The notes under the pieces were generated by a model that was not told the DNA's origin, did not search any database, and worked only from the letters and a program-made list of their open reading frames with translations. Both the position numbers and the translations under genes were made by a program. A DNA stretch of 64,000 nucleotides from an uncultured Gammaproteobacteria bacterium (GTDB lineage Bacteria; Patescibacteriota; Microgenomatia; Levybacterales; GWA1-39-11). This document shows, piece after piece, positions 30,465 to 40,430 of this stretch (within the stretch, counting starts at the first letter, position 1; each line of letters begins with the position of its first letter). The DNA is taken from positions 438,572-502,571 of the forward strand of contig CAYVFE010000001.1 in assembly GCA_964450885.1 (NCBI GenBank), written 5' to 3'.

Positions 30465-30520
30465 TTGACTTTTCACGGTTTCTTGTTCAAAATGGTGAAA
30501 GGTGGTGAAAAGTGGTGAAT
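30465..30520 (+). promoter_or_regulatory. putative mraZ promoter (TTGACT-17-CAAAAT) followed by three 10-bp-phased MraZ-box-like direct repeats
   Basis: TTGACT lies at 30465-30470. The repeats are aaTGGTGAAAg / gTGGTGAAAa / gTGGTGAAta at 30491-30520, directly upstream of the ATG at 30521. Confidence 0.4.
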
Positions 30521-30952
30521 ATGTTAGGGCAGCATGAAGGATCGGTTGGAGAAAAAGGAAGGATAGCCCTGCCAAAAAAAGTCAGACAAGAATTAGGGGA
30601 GAAAATAATAATTACATACGGATTTGAGCATTCATTAATAATAGTGTCACAACAGAATTGGGAGAGACTGGTAAATGAGCTAAAGGACTCATCACTTTTT
30701 GCGAGTAATGCACGCGATACAAAAAGATTTCTTTTTGGAGGCGCTGTGTCACTCGAGCTTGATAAGCAAGGGAGGTTTATCCTTCCCGATTATCTGAGAA
30801 AGTATGCTCAAATAGGCGAGGAAGTAGTATTTTTGGGATTGTCATCTTACGCAGAACTTTGGGACAAGAAAAGATGGAGTACACATTCTGGAGCACTAGA
30901 GAAAGAAATAGAAAATATTGCCGAGTCGCTAATTAAAAAAATTGAAGAGTAA
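30521..30952 (+). CDS. mraZ: transcriptional regulator MraZ
   Basis: It carries a KGRIALPKKVRQELG...YGFEHSLIIVSQQNWERL segment and a second SpoVT/AbrB-like repeat (GRFILPDYLRKYA). The listed ORF starts at GTG 30512; ATG 30521 is the likelier start. Confidence 0.8.
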   Translation: MLGQHEGSVGEKGRIALPKKVRQELGEKIIITYGFEHSLIIVSQQNWERLVNELKDSSLFASNARDTKRFLFGGAVSLELDKQGRFILPDYLRKYAQIGEEVVFLGLSSYAELWDKKRWSTHSGALEKEIENIAESLIKKIEE

Positions 30953-31817
30953 TAATAGTTACCACACAACAGTTCTTTTACAAGAAGCAGTTAACGCCTT
31001 GCAGATAAAAAAAGCTGGGAAGTATATCGACGGGACTTTTGGAGGAGGAGGACATAGTGAGGAGATACTCAAGAGAGGAGGAGTTGTTTTAGGAATAGAC
31101 CAAGATATCGATGCCATAGAGCAATCACAGCAAGTATCGAAGAATAATTTAAAAATCGTAAAAGGTAATTTTAAAAATATAAAGGAGATTGCATCGGAGA
31201 ACGACTTTGACCCGTGTTCAGGAATTTTGCTTGATTTAGGTACATCAGTGCACCAGATAAAAGAATCTCAAAGAGGATTTAGTTTTACAGGACATTTTAG
31301 GCTGGATATGAGAATGGATCTGGATGGGAGTTTGAAGGCTGAGGAGATAATTAATAAATGGTCAAAGAATGATCTAGCGGAAATCTTTGAGAAGTTCGGG
31401 GAAGAGAGTGATGCAAGGATAATTGCTGAGGAAATCTCAAATGCAAGAAAGAGTAAGGAGATTATGTTCGCAGATGAACTTTCTAATCTGGTTTTAAAAG
31501 TGAAGAAAAATAAGCAGCCAGGTATTCATCCAGCGACTAAAGTCTTTCAGGCATTGAGAATTGTAGTGAATGATGAGATGAATGCCCTGAAAGACGTAAT
31601 CGAACAGGGAGCGTTACTGCTTGAGGAGAATGGGCGCTTTGTCATAATAAGTTTTCATTCGTTAGAGGATAGGATAGTTAAGCAGAAATTTATAGAACTT
31701 GAAAATAAAGGTTTGGGTAGAATAGTCAATAAAAAGCCAATTAGAGCGGGGGATGAGGAGATTAGGATGAATAAAAAATCGAGAAGCGCAAAGATGCGTA
31801 TATTTGAAAAGAAATAA
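30942..31817 (+). CDS. rsmH: 16S rRNA (cytosine1402-N4)-methyltransferase RsmH/MraW
   Basis: It has the RsmH pattern YHTTVLLQEAVNAL...YIDGTFGGGGHSEEIL. Confidence 0.85.
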   Translation: MKSNNSYHTTVLLQEAVNALQIKKAGKYIDGTFGGGGHSEEILKRGGVVLGIDQDIDAIEQSQQVSKNNLKIVKGNFKNIKEIASENDFDPCSGILLDLGTSVHQIKESQRGFSFTGHFRLDMRMDLDGSLKAEEIINKWSKNDLAEIFEKFGEESDARIIAEEISNARKSKEIMFADELSNLVLKVKKNKQPGIHPATKVFQALRIVVNDEMNALKDVIEQGALLLEENGRFVIISFHSLEDRIVKQKFIELENKGLGRIVNKKPIRAGDEEIRMNKKSRSAKMRIFEKK

Positions 31818-32106
31818 CATGAAAAAGGTATATTTATTAGCATTATTATTATTCGTCATTGTTGCAGTTGGTCAGATTGTCTATCTAGCGCAGTCTAACT
31901 TGCTAGCATCAGAGAGCGTGAGGGCAGAAGAGATAAAAAGCGTGATTGAAAAAATCGAAGAGGACAACAAGATACTGGAATCGGAGATTCTTTCATATTC
32001 CTCATTAGTTGTTGTTGCTTCACGAGCAGCGGAAGTGGGTTTTGAAAAACCAAAGGAATATATTACACTAAAGAACACTAACTCGATTGCCCTAAAGCAT
32101 GAATGA
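31804..32106 (+). CDS. ftsL: cell division protein FtsL-like (single TM plus coiled coil)
   Basis: It is 100 aa with an N-terminal TM helix and heptad-like repeats, and it sits between rsmH and ftsI. Confidence 0.5.
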   Translation: MKRNNMKKVYLLALLLFVIVAVGQIVYLAQSNLLASESVRAEEIKSVIEKIEEDNKILESEILSYSSLVVVASRAAEVGFEKPKEYITLKNTNSIALKHE

Positions 32107-33788
32107 AGTATCAAAAGGTTTCAGGTAGAATCATCTCCATAGTCGGTATAATTTTCCTTTTATATTTGGTTTTGGTTGGAAAGTTATTTTACTGGCAGAT
32201 CGTTAAGGCCCAGGAGATCAAAGAAATCCGCGATAGGCAGAGTACTGAGTCGCTCGAGCTGGTTCCGGAAAGAGGCGATATATTATTTCAGGATAGTTTC
32301 CCCATAGCGACAAATAATATTAACTATTTAACTTACGCTAACCCCAAAGTAATTACAGATATACCTTTATACTCTAACGCCATTGCTTCAATACTTGATT
32401 ATGATGCTGCTTCTATATCCGCCAGACTAAATCAAGATCTGTATTGGGTGAGGCTTGGTGTTTTTGACCACGAGACAAAAGAGAAAATAGAGGATTTGGA
32501 TCTTAAAGGAATAGGTTTTCAGATAGAAACGAGTAGATTTTATCCCGAAGCGTCAATGGCAGCCCATTTAGTGGGGTTCGTTGGAAAAAATGATGAAGGA
32601 GAAAATCAAGGATATCTGGGACTTGAGGGTTATTATGACAGACAGCTTAAGGGAAAGTCGGGCAAGCTTTATGTAGTAAAGGATGCGTTGGGAAATCCAA
32701 TAGTTACAGATGTACGAGAAGAAAAAAAGATAGACGGTAGATCCCTTTTGACAACAATAGACAGGACTGTCCAGTATATAGCTGATGAAGCTCTAAAAGA
32801 GGGGATAAAAAAGTATGATGCAGAAGGTGGAAGCGTTATCATAATGGAGTCATCCACAGGAAAGATTTTGGGAATGAGTTCTGTCCCGAAATTTGATCCT
32901 CAAAAATATTATGAATACGAAGGTTCTTCGTACCAAAACCCCGCAATATCAGATCTATACGAACCGGGATCGACATTTAAAGTATTGGTAATGGCTGCGG
33001 CATTGAACGAAGGACTAGTTAAAGCAGATACTAAGTGTGATATTTGTGATAAGCCTGTTCAAATGAGTGGTTTTACCATAAAGACGTGGAACGATGAGTA
33101 TCATGCAAACTCTACCATGACTGAGGTGATCCAGAATTCGGACAATACGGGAATGGTCTTTGTTGGTCAAAAATTAGGAATAGGTAGAATGGTCGATTAC
33201 CTTGAGCAGTTTGGCTTTGGAGAGCCAACTGGGATCGATTTACAGGCAGAAGTATCGGGACAGATAAGACGCGACTCTCAATGGTTGCCGATAGATCTTG
33301 CAACTGCTAGCTTTGGTCAGGGTATATCGGTGACCCCCATTCAGCTTTTAACTGCTGTAAATTCTATTGCGAATAATGGATATTTGGTAAGACCCCATAT
33401 GGTTGAGAAAATATTCGAGGGTGATGGTGAAGAGATTACTATAAAACCAGAGAATAGACGCAAGGTGCTATCGGATAGCGCAGCAGAGGTCATGAAGTGG
33501 ATAATGGTAAATGCTGTCGAAAATGGTGATTCCAGATGGGTTACACTAGATCCTATCGCAGTAGCTGGAAAGACAGGTACTGCGCAAATCCCAGTTGCAG
33601 GTCGCTATGACCCAAGTCAAACGATCGCATCTTTTGTAGGATTTTTTCCTGCGCAAAGGCCTCAAGTATCTATGTTAGTTCTGGTGAATAAACCTAAAAC
33701 TTCAATTTATGGGTCAGAAACAGCTGCTCCGATATTCTTCTCGATAGCCCGAGACGTTGTGAGGTATTATGATATATCTTCCGAATAA
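32103..33788 (+). CDS. ftsI: penicillin-binding protein 2 / FtsI transpeptidase
   Basis: It has the three PBP motifs: SxxK (STFKVL), SxN (NSDNTG) and KTG (KTGTAQ). Confidence 0.85.
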   Translation: MKYQKVSGRIISIVGIIFLLYLVLVGKLFYWQIVKAQEIKEIRDRQSTESLELVPERGDILFQDSFPIATNNINYLTYANPKVITDIPLYSNAIASILDYDAASISARLNQDLYWVRLGVFDHETKEKIEDLDLKGIGFQIETSRFYPEASMAAHLVGFVGKNDEGENQGYLGLEGYYDRQLKGKSGKLYVVKDALGNPIVTDVREEKKIDGRSLLTTIDRTVQYIADEALKEGIKKYDAEGGSVIIMESSTGKILGMSSVPKFDPQKYYEYEGSSYQNPAISDLYEPGSTFKVLVMAAALNEGLVKADTKCDICDKPVQMSGFTIKTWNDEYHANSTMTEVIQNSDNTGMVFVGQKLGIGRMVDYLEQFGFGEPTGIDLQAEVSGQIRRDSQWLPIDLATASFGQGISVTPIQLLTAVNSIANNGYLVRPHMVEKIFEGDGEEITIKPENRRKVLSDSAAEVMKWIMVNAVENGDSRWVTLDPIAVAGKTGTAQIPVAGRYDPSQTIASFVGFFPAQRPQVSMLVLVNKPKTSIYGSETAAPIFFSIARDVVRYYDISSE

Positions 33789-33797
33789 GTTGAATTA

Positions 33798-33983
33798 ATG
33801 CTTATTCAACCTTATAATTTCAGTATGACACAAGTTTTGTTGGCGTTTGTAACAGGGGCTGTAGTTGGTATTATTTTTGGTTTAATAAAACTTCCTCTGC
33901 CTGCACCTGCAACCGTCGCAGGGGTAATGGGTGTTGTAGGTCTGTTTTGTGGATATCTAGTAGTATCACACTTTTTAAATTAA
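33798..33983 (+). CDS. small membrane protein, XapX-domain-like
   Basis: MTQVLLAFVTGAVVGIIFGLIKLPLPAPATVAGVMGVVGLF has two TM helices around a P-x-P-A-P turn, as in XapX-domain proteins. Confidence 0.4.
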   Translation: MLIQPYNFSMTQVLLAFVTGAVVGIIFGLIKLPLPAPATVAGVMGVVGLFCGYLVVSHFLN

Positions 33984-35227
33984 TGACCTTACCCCCTCTT
34001 TCCATAAGAAAAATCAAGAATATCGGGCACTTTATCCTTGCTGTGACCGCAATTAGCTATTATCGAAACCCCTCAAGGAAAGTAAAGGTAATAGGGGTTA
34101 CAGGTACCGATGGCAAGACAACAACGGCAAATTATATATATCAACTTCTTGAACTTTCAGGAAAAAGGTCGGCATTGATATCAACAGTTGGGTTTTTTAT
34201 GGATGGCGAGAAGAAGAACTTGGGATTTCATGTAACGACTCCTCCCACATTTACATTAAATAGGTATCTTAAGAAGGCAATAGAGAAAAAGGTTGAATAT
34301 ATAGTTTTGGAAGTATCCTCTCATGCATTAGATCAGTTTAGAGTGTTGGGTGTGAGATTTACAGTTGGGATGATTACGAATGTCAGCAAGGAGCATTTGG
34401 ATTACCACAAAAACATCGAGAATTATTTGAATACAAAAGTAAAACTATTAAATCTTTCAGATAAGATTTTGCTTAACAAGAGCGATCCTTTCTTTAAGAA
34501 AATTAAAGCAAAACTACCAAACAAGAAAATATATACATATTCACTAGATGATGATCAAGTCGACCTGTCTTACAAATCCATAAAGAATTTAGATACGGAA
34601 AGTTTGACTCAGTATAATAAAAAAAACCTTCTAGCAGCAGTATTGACCCTCCAACTTCTAGACATAGATACAGAATTAACTAAGGATAAGCTCGGAAAGC
34701 TAAAGCTTCCATCTGGCAGACTGGAATATATACAGAAAAAACCATTTAGTGTAATTGTGGATTTCGCCCATACTCCAAATGCTTTCAGTTCTTTACTTCC
34801 AGAAATCAAAAAAGAGGCAGGAGGTAGGATAATACACGTTTTTGGGAGTGCGGGGAAAAGAGATTCTTCCAAAAGACCTGACATGGGAAACATTTCCTCA
34901 AAGTTTTCGGACTTAATCATATTAACTGGAGAGGATTCCCGAGGAGAAAATATAGATAAGATAAATAGTGATATCAGAAAAGGAATAGATGAAGATTTTA
35001 AGTTAATTTCTACAGTCGGAATCGATAAGAGTACGATAGCAAATAAATCTATAATTCAAATAGAAGATAGGAAGCAAGCGATCGAATTTGCCCTCAGCAT
35101 GGCAAAGAAAAATGATGCGGTGGTGATAACCGGCAAAGGTCCTGAAGAGTCTATGAATATGGGCAAGGGGGAGATATTGTGGAATGATATAGAAATAACG
35201 AAGAGTATTCTCAAGAAAATATCATGA
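33947..35227 (+). CDS. murE: UDP-N-acetylmuramoyl-L-alanyl-D-glutamate--2,6-diaminopimelate ligase (MurE), with a reduced N-terminal domain
   Basis: It has the MurE motifs VIGVTGTDGKTTT, TTPP, LEVSSHALDQFRV and NVSKEHLDYH. The ORF overlaps the small upstream ORF, so the start is uncertain. Confidence 0.7.
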   Translation: MWISSSITLFKLMTLPPLSIRKIKNIGHFILAVTAISYYRNPSRKVKVIGVTGTDGKTTTANYIYQLLELSGKRSALISTVGFFMDGEKKNLGFHVTTPPTFTLNRYLKKAIEKKVEYIVLEVSSHALDQFRVLGVRFTVGMITNVSKEHLDYHKNIENYLNTKVKLLNLSDKILLNKSDPFFKKIKAKLPNKKIYTYSLDDDQVDLSYKSIKNLDTESLTQYNKKNLLAAVLTLQLLDIDTELTKDKLGKLKLPSGRLEYIQKKPFSVIVDFAHTPNAFSSLLPEIKKEAGGRIIHVFGSAGKRDSSKRPDMGNISSKFSDLIILTGEDSRGENIDKINSDIRKGIDEDFKLISTVGIDKSTIANKSIIQIEDRKQAIEFALSMAKKNDAVVITGKGPEESMNMGKGEILWNDIEITKSILKKIS

Positions 35228-36690
35228 ATAACACAAAAGAGAAAATTGACTGGGAAAATATAAAAAAAGTTTTTTTTGTAGGAATAAAAGGAGTAGGAAT
35301 GATGCCCCTTTCACTTATTGCCAATGAGTATGGATATGAAGTCGAAGGATCGGATATCGCGGAAGAGTTTATAACAGACGAAGTCTTGATAGAAAACAAA
35401 ATAAAGGTTCATGAAGGCTTTGAGGAAAACATTGTAATGAAATTTTTTGAAGGTCTTGATGTTAAAAATTATCTTGTTATAACAACAGGGGCACATGGTG
35501 GATACAATAACCCACAGGTCAGAAAAGCTAAGGATATGGGCATAAAATATCTCAATCAGGGTCAGGCGTTGGGATTTTTTATGACAGGTGTCCCTTTTCA
35601 TAAAAAAACAAAGGGCATTACTGTAACAGGTTCTCATGGAAAAACTACGATTTCCGCTATGTGTGCGGTGGTTTTGTCCGAGCTGGGACTTGATCCAAGT
35701 TATTCTGTGGGCACCAGTAGAATAATGCCTCTGGGGCCGTCTGGGCATTTAGGAAATGGTGAGTTATTTGTAGCAGAAGGTGATGAGTATGTGGGAGAGC
35801 CGGTATTTGATAAAACTCCCAAAATCTTATATCAACATCCAGATTACGCGATCATTAATAATATTGATTTTGACCATCCTGATATTTACAAAGATATGGA
35901 AGATGTAAAGAACGTAATGAAGCAATTTATCATGGGAATGAATGAGGGGGGGAAATTGTTTTTAAATGCTGATGACTCTGAGCTTATGAATATTAAGAAT
36001 CAGCTGGAAAGGAATATTGAAATCATCACATATGGTGAGGTGGAATCAGATTTTAGAATTATCAATATCCAAGAGAGTGTTGGGTCGTTAGATTTTTCTG
36101 TAGTAAAGAATGGAAACTATTATGGAGAGTTTTCCTTGCAGATTCCTGGGATACATAACGCCAAAAATGCGGTTCCTGTGATAGCACTACTAGATTCCTT
36201 AGGAAAGTCCTATCAAGAAGTAAAAAAAGCAATCTTCTCGTATAAAGGAAGTAAAAGACGGATGGAAAAGGTAGGAACGACTTCTGGTGGCGCTTTGATA
36301 ATAGATGACTATGGTCATCATCCTGTTGAGATAAGGTCGACTATAGATGCAGTTAAGAATTTTTATAATAAAAAGATTGTATGTGTCTTTCAATCTCACA
36401 CATATTCACGCACGAGAAATTTTTTGGATGATTTTTCCAATTCTTTTTCTGAAGTAGATGAATTAGTTCTGCTGCCTATTTTTAAATCTGCACGCGATAC
36501 AGAATCAGATATAATATCAGACGAAGACTTCCTAAGTCCTTTTAACGATAAGCTTGATAAGGTATTTATGGCAAAGAGTATCGAGGATGCTGCATCTTAC
36601 ATTAAGAGCCAGTCGTATGGGAGTGATTTTTTGGTTCTTACAATAGGTGCTGGAGATGTATATAAAGTAGGATATGAAATAAAACTATGA
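35224..36690 (+). CDS. murC: UDP-N-acetylmuramate--L-alanine ligase
   Basis: It has the MurC motifs FFVGIKGVGMMPLSLIANEYGYEVEGSDI and ITVTGSHGKTT. Confidence 0.8.
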   Translation: MNNTKEKIDWENIKKVFFVGIKGVGMMPLSLIANEYGYEVEGSDIAEEFITDEVLIENKIKVHEGFEENIVMKFFEGLDVKNYLVITTGAHGGYNNPQVRKAKDMGIKYLNQGQALGFFMTGVPFHKKTKGITVTGSHGKTTISAMCAVVLSELGLDPSYSVGTSRIMPLGPSGHLGNGELFVAEGDEYVGEPVFDKTPKILYQHPDYAIINNIDFDHPDIYKDMEDVKNVMKQFIMGMNEGGKLFLNADDSELMNIKNQLERNIEIITYGEVESDFRIINIQESVGSLDFSVVKNGNYYGEFSLQIPGIHNAKNAVPVIALLDSLGKSYQEVKKAIFSYKGSKRRMEKVGTTSGGALIIDDYGHHPVEIRSTIDAVKNFYNKKIVCVFQSHTYSRTRNFLDDFSNSFSEVDELVLLPIFKSARDTESDIISDEDFLSPFNDKLDKVFMAKSIEDAASYIKSQSYGSDFLVLTIGAGDVYKVGYEIKL

Positions 36691-38012
36691 AAAAATATGT
36701 AATTAAAGGAGGTAACTCTCTTTCTGGTAAAGTTGATATAGCAGGAGCAAAGAACGTCGTTCTAAAGGCGATAGTTGCTGCTTGTTTGACAGACGAAGAA
36801 GTCATTCTTGAGAATGTTCCTCAGATCAGCGATGTCTACTATATGGTAGAAATGGTCAGAGATTTTGGTGGAGAAGTCGATCAGACAGGTAATACTTTGA
36901 AGATAAGAGTTGAGGATATAAAAAGTCCCAGATTGAAGTTGGAGACAGCTGTTAAGATGCGTGCATCTTCACTTTTTTTTGCTCCTTTTATAGTCCGTTG
37001 CGGTCGAGCAGAAATCCCTAATCCTGGAGGAGACAGAATAGGTGCGAGGAGAATAGATATGCATATAGACGGATTAAGAAAAATCGGAGTGGAGGTTGAG
37101 AACAAGAATGATGGGTATTTTTATGCAACCGCAAAAACTCTCAGAGGAGCAAGTTATAGGTTCACGAAGAACACTCATACGGGTACAGAGCAAATGATAC
37201 TTGCAGGAGTTATGGCAGATGGACAGACTGTCCTTACAAATTGTGCACAGGAGCCGGAAGTTGATGAGCTAATTGAGCTTTTGAATTTGATGGGTGCAGA
37301 TATAAAAAGGACAGCATCACGAACTATAACTATAAATGGAGTAAAAAGGCTAAATGGAGCGAGGTACAAGATTCGGTCAGACAGAAATGAAGCAGTAACT
37401 TTTGCTATAGCATCGGCATTGACCGGCGGGAAGATTTGGTTAAAGAATGTGAACGTTGACGTATTAAAAGAATTTATTGAGGAATTTAAGAAAGCGGGTG
37501 GAGAGGTAGAGAGTAGTGATGATAACGGGATTAGATTTTATATCGTAGACAGAATAAAGCCTACTGATATTATGACAGAGATATATCCCGGATTTATGAC
37601 CGACTGGCAGGGTCCATGGTGCGTGCTGATGACTCAGGCTGATGGTGAGTCCAGCATTCACGAAACGATTTATGAAGATAGATTCCAGTATGTAAATGAA
37701 CTAAAAAAAATGGGCGCTGACATAGAGCTTTATAACCCAAAGGTTGTTAACCCAGAAGAGTTTTACAATTTTAACTATGATGACTGTACAGCAGAAACAA
37801 AGCATGCGATAAAGATAAAGGGGAAAGTTGATTTAAATAATGCTGTGCTTACTATGATGGATCTGCGTGCGGGTGCAACCTTAGTTCTAGGTGCGCTTAT
37901 AGCAAATGGTGAATCGACAATATATGGAGTTGAGCAGATAGAGAGAGGATACGAGAATTTCGACGCAAGGTTGAAAAAACTTGGCGCTGATATAGAATAT
38001 ATTGAAGAATAA
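36687..38012 (+). CDS. murA: UDP-N-acetylglucosamine 1-carboxyvinyltransferase
   Basis: It has an EPSP-synthase-like fold and the MurA N-terminus MKKYVIKGGNSLSGKVDIAGAKN. Confidence 0.85.
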   Translation: MKKYVIKGGNSLSGKVDIAGAKNVVLKAIVAACLTDEEVILENVPQISDVYYMVEMVRDFGGEVDQTGNTLKIRVEDIKSPRLKLETAVKMRASSLFFAPFIVRCGRAEIPNPGGDRIGARRIDMHIDGLRKIGVEVENKNDGYFYATAKTLRGASYRFTKNTHTGTEQMILAGVMADGQTVLTNCAQEPEVDELIELLNLMGADIKRTASRTITINGVKRLNGARYKIRSDRNEAVTFAIASALTGGKIWLKNVNVDVLKEFIEEFKKAGGEVESSDDNGIRFYIVDRIKPTDIMTEIYPGFMTDWQGPWCVLMTQADGESSIHETIYEDRFQYVNELKKMGADIELYNPKVVNPEEFYNFNYDDCTAETKHAIKIKGKVDLNNAVLTMMDLRAGATLVLGALIANGESTIYGVEQIERGYENFDARLKKLGADIEYIEE

Positions 38013-38751
38013 AATGGACAAAATTGGTGGAATTATTTTAGCAGCTGGAAAAGGCACGAGGATGAACTCGACTGAAATTAACAAGGTTGCATTGAGCGTT
38101 GGTGATAGGCCTTTAATTTTAAGGACAATAGATATATTAAAAAGCGCTGGACTGAGCGAAATTGTAGTGGTTGTTGGTTTTGCAAAAGAGTCTGTAATTA
38201 AATTACTAACTCCAGATATCAAGATTGCAGTTCAATCTGAGCTTTTAGGGACAGGAGATGCTGAAAGAGTAGGACTTGAGAAGATATCTCCCGAAATAGA
38301 GAATGTGTTGAGTGTATCTGGAGACGATTCTTTCTTATATACTCGAGAAATCTTAAATGAGATGGTGGCTGTGCATAATGATATGAAGGCCTCTATGACT
38401 TTTATTACTGTCAATCTGGATAATCCGACAGGTTACGGCAGGATAATACGAGATGAGAGCGGAAAAATCATAAGAATAGTAGAGGAGCTAAATGCTACCG
38501 AAGAAGAGAGAAAGATATCTGAGGTGAATACCGGGTGTTATTTATTCAATAAAAAAATCCTTGAGGAGAACATAAATAAAATAAAAGTAAATAGTTTGAA
38601 AAAAGAATTTTATCTTACGGATATTCTAGAGATATTTTTGGAAAATAAATTTACTATTGCATCAATTAATATTCCAAGTGCAAATTGGCGTGGAATAAAC
38701 ACTCCAGAAGAGCTCATGTTGGCCGAGGAGGCTATAAGAAAAAATGGATAA
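38002..38751 (+). CDS. sugar-1-phosphate nucleotidyltransferase, the N-terminal half of a split GlmU
   Basis: It has the GlmU-like start GGIILAAGKGTRMNS. Confidence 0.55.
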   Translation: MKNKMDKIGGIILAAGKGTRMNSTEINKVALSVGDRPLILRTIDILKSAGLSEIVVVVGFAKESVIKLLTPDIKIAVQSELLGTGDAERVGLEKISPEIENVLSVSGDDSFLYTREILNEMVAVHNDMKASMTFITVNLDNPTGYGRIIRDESGKIIRIVEELNATEEERKISEVNTGCYLFNKKILEENINKIKVNSLKKEFYLTDILEIFLENKFTIASINIPSANWRGINTPEELMLAEEAIRKNG

Positions 38752-39352
38752 TATAGAGATCAAAAGTCTGTTTGATGTGGAAGATTTTTATCAAAAGGAT
38801 TTGCTTAATAAACACTTGTATCCGTGGGAAGTTATATCAGCATTGGATGCGTATGTCGATGAGCTTGCTGGCGGCGAAAAAATCATAATGGGGGAGGGTA
38901 GCAGTATCGACCCCTCGGCAAAAGTTGAAGGAAAGGTTATAGTCGGAAAAAACGTTACCATCTGTGATGGGGTTCTTATCAGAGGGAATTGTATCATCGG
39001 TGACAATGTTCGTGTGGGCCACTGTGTAGAGCTAAAGCATTCTGTGATAATGAACAACACTGCTCTTTCGCACTTCAACTATGTTGGAGATAGTATAGTG
39101 GGTAATAATGTAAACATCGGTGGCGGCGCGATAGTCGCAAATTGGAGATTTGATAAAAAAAACATAATGATAAAACTGGAAAATGAAAAAATTGATACTG
39201 GTCTAGAAAAATTCGGCGCTGCAATAGGTGACCGCTCAAGCATCGGGGTTAATAGTGTATTAAATCCCGGTACGATCTTAGGAAAAAGCAGTACAGTCTA
39301 TCCTCTCGTGTCGGTTTCTGGTGTAAATTCTTCGGGTAGTGTCCTCAAATGA
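38744..39352 (+). CDS. hexapeptide-repeat acetyltransferase, the C-terminal half of a split GlmU
   Basis: HCVELKHSVIMNNTALSHFNYVGDSIVGNNVNIGGGAIVANWRFDKK aligns well with the GlmU C-terminal LbH domain. Confidence 0.6.
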   Translation: MDNIEIKSLFDVEDFYQKDLLNKHLYPWEVISALDAYVDELAGGEKIIMGEGSSIDPSAKVEGKVIVGKNVTICDGVLIRGNCIIGDNVRVGHCVELKHSVIMNNTALSHFNYVGDSIVGNNVNIGGGAIVANWRFDKKNIMIKLENEKIDTGLEKFGAAIGDRSSIGVNSVLNPGTILGKSSTVYPLVSVSGVNSSGSVLK

Positions 39353-39405
39353 GCCGTCTGGGCGTTTGGTTGAAGCAGTTTTAAGTGATATAATTAGATT
39401 TCGTT

Positions 39406-40419
39406 ATGGAAAGAATATTTGGATTTGCGATTCTCTCACTTTTTATCACGTCGATTCTGATCGTGCCATTTATAGATTTTTTATACAAGATAAAATTCTT
39501 GAGGAAGAAGCAGAAGACACTTAATTTATTTAACGAACCGGCAAAAGTTTTCGATCAGTTAAGCGCCGGAAAGGTTGGTACTCCTGTTGGTGGCGGACTG
39601 CTGATTATTGTTGTGGTAAGCATACTGTCCCTCTGGGCCTTTGGATTATTCCGAATAGAAGTTAGGCTTTGGGAATTGTTTGTTCTTTTATTCACATTTG
39701 TGGGGTTTGGGGCACTAGGTCTTTATGACGACTTTAAGAAAATGTTTTCCTCAAAAGAAAAAAAGAATATTTTTTTCGGACTGAGATTTAGAGCAAAATT
39801 TATTATTCAATGCATCATAGCACTGATTGCCGGTTCGGTAATGTATTATTTCGGCGGATATGATTTTATATATTTACATTGGTTTGGGCAATTTAACTTA
39901 GGATTATTCTATATTCCTTTTGCAACATTTGTAATAGTTGCTTTTGTTAATGCCTTTAATATAACCGATGGGCTCGATGGACTTTCATCGGGTGTTTACC
40001 TTATATGCCTTAGTGCCTTTTTGGTAATCTCGAGTGCTCTTTTGGACACTTTTTTGGCGATCTATATAGCGATTTTGATGGGATCTGTTGCTGCATTTTT
40101 ATACTTTAATGTATTTCCGGCAAGAATCTGGCTTGGCGATGTCGGATCACTTTCGCTTGGAGCATCTCTTGCGGTCATAGGGCTTCTTACCGGAAAGCCA
40201 GCAGCGGTGGCACTTATAGGAGGAGTATTTGTGATAGAGGTTGCATCATCCTTGGTACAAATCTTATCAAGAAAATTTTTAGGAAAGAAGTTGCTGCCGA
40301 TTGCTCCCCTGCATCTTTATTTTCTTAAAAAAGGCTGGGGTGAGCCTAAGATTGTTATGAGAGGATGGCTTCTTGCTTTTGTGTTTGCACTTTTTGGACT
40401 TTACCTTGCTTTTATATAG
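39406..40419 (+). CDS. mraY: phospho-N-acetylmuramoyl-pentapeptide transferase
   Basis: It has the MraY motif NAFNITDGLDGLSSG and a polytopic membrane profile. Confidence 0.85.
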   Translation: MERIFGFAILSLFITSILIVPFIDFLYKIKFLRKKQKTLNLFNEPAKVFDQLSAGKVGTPVGGGLLIIVVVSILSLWAFGLFRIEVRLWELFVLLFTFVGFGALGLYDDFKKMFSSKEKKNIFFGLRFRAKFIIQCIIALIAGSVMYYFGGYDFIYLHWFGQFNLGLFYIPFATFVIVAFVNAFNITDGLDGLSSGVYLICLSAFLVISSALLDTFLAIYIAILMGSVAAFLYFNVFPARIWLGDVGSLSLGASLAVIGLLTGKPAAVALIGGVFVIEVASSLVQILSRKFLGKKLLPIAPLHLYFLKKGWGEPKIVMRGWLLAFVFALFGLYLAFI

Positions 40420-40430
40420 AATATATATAA

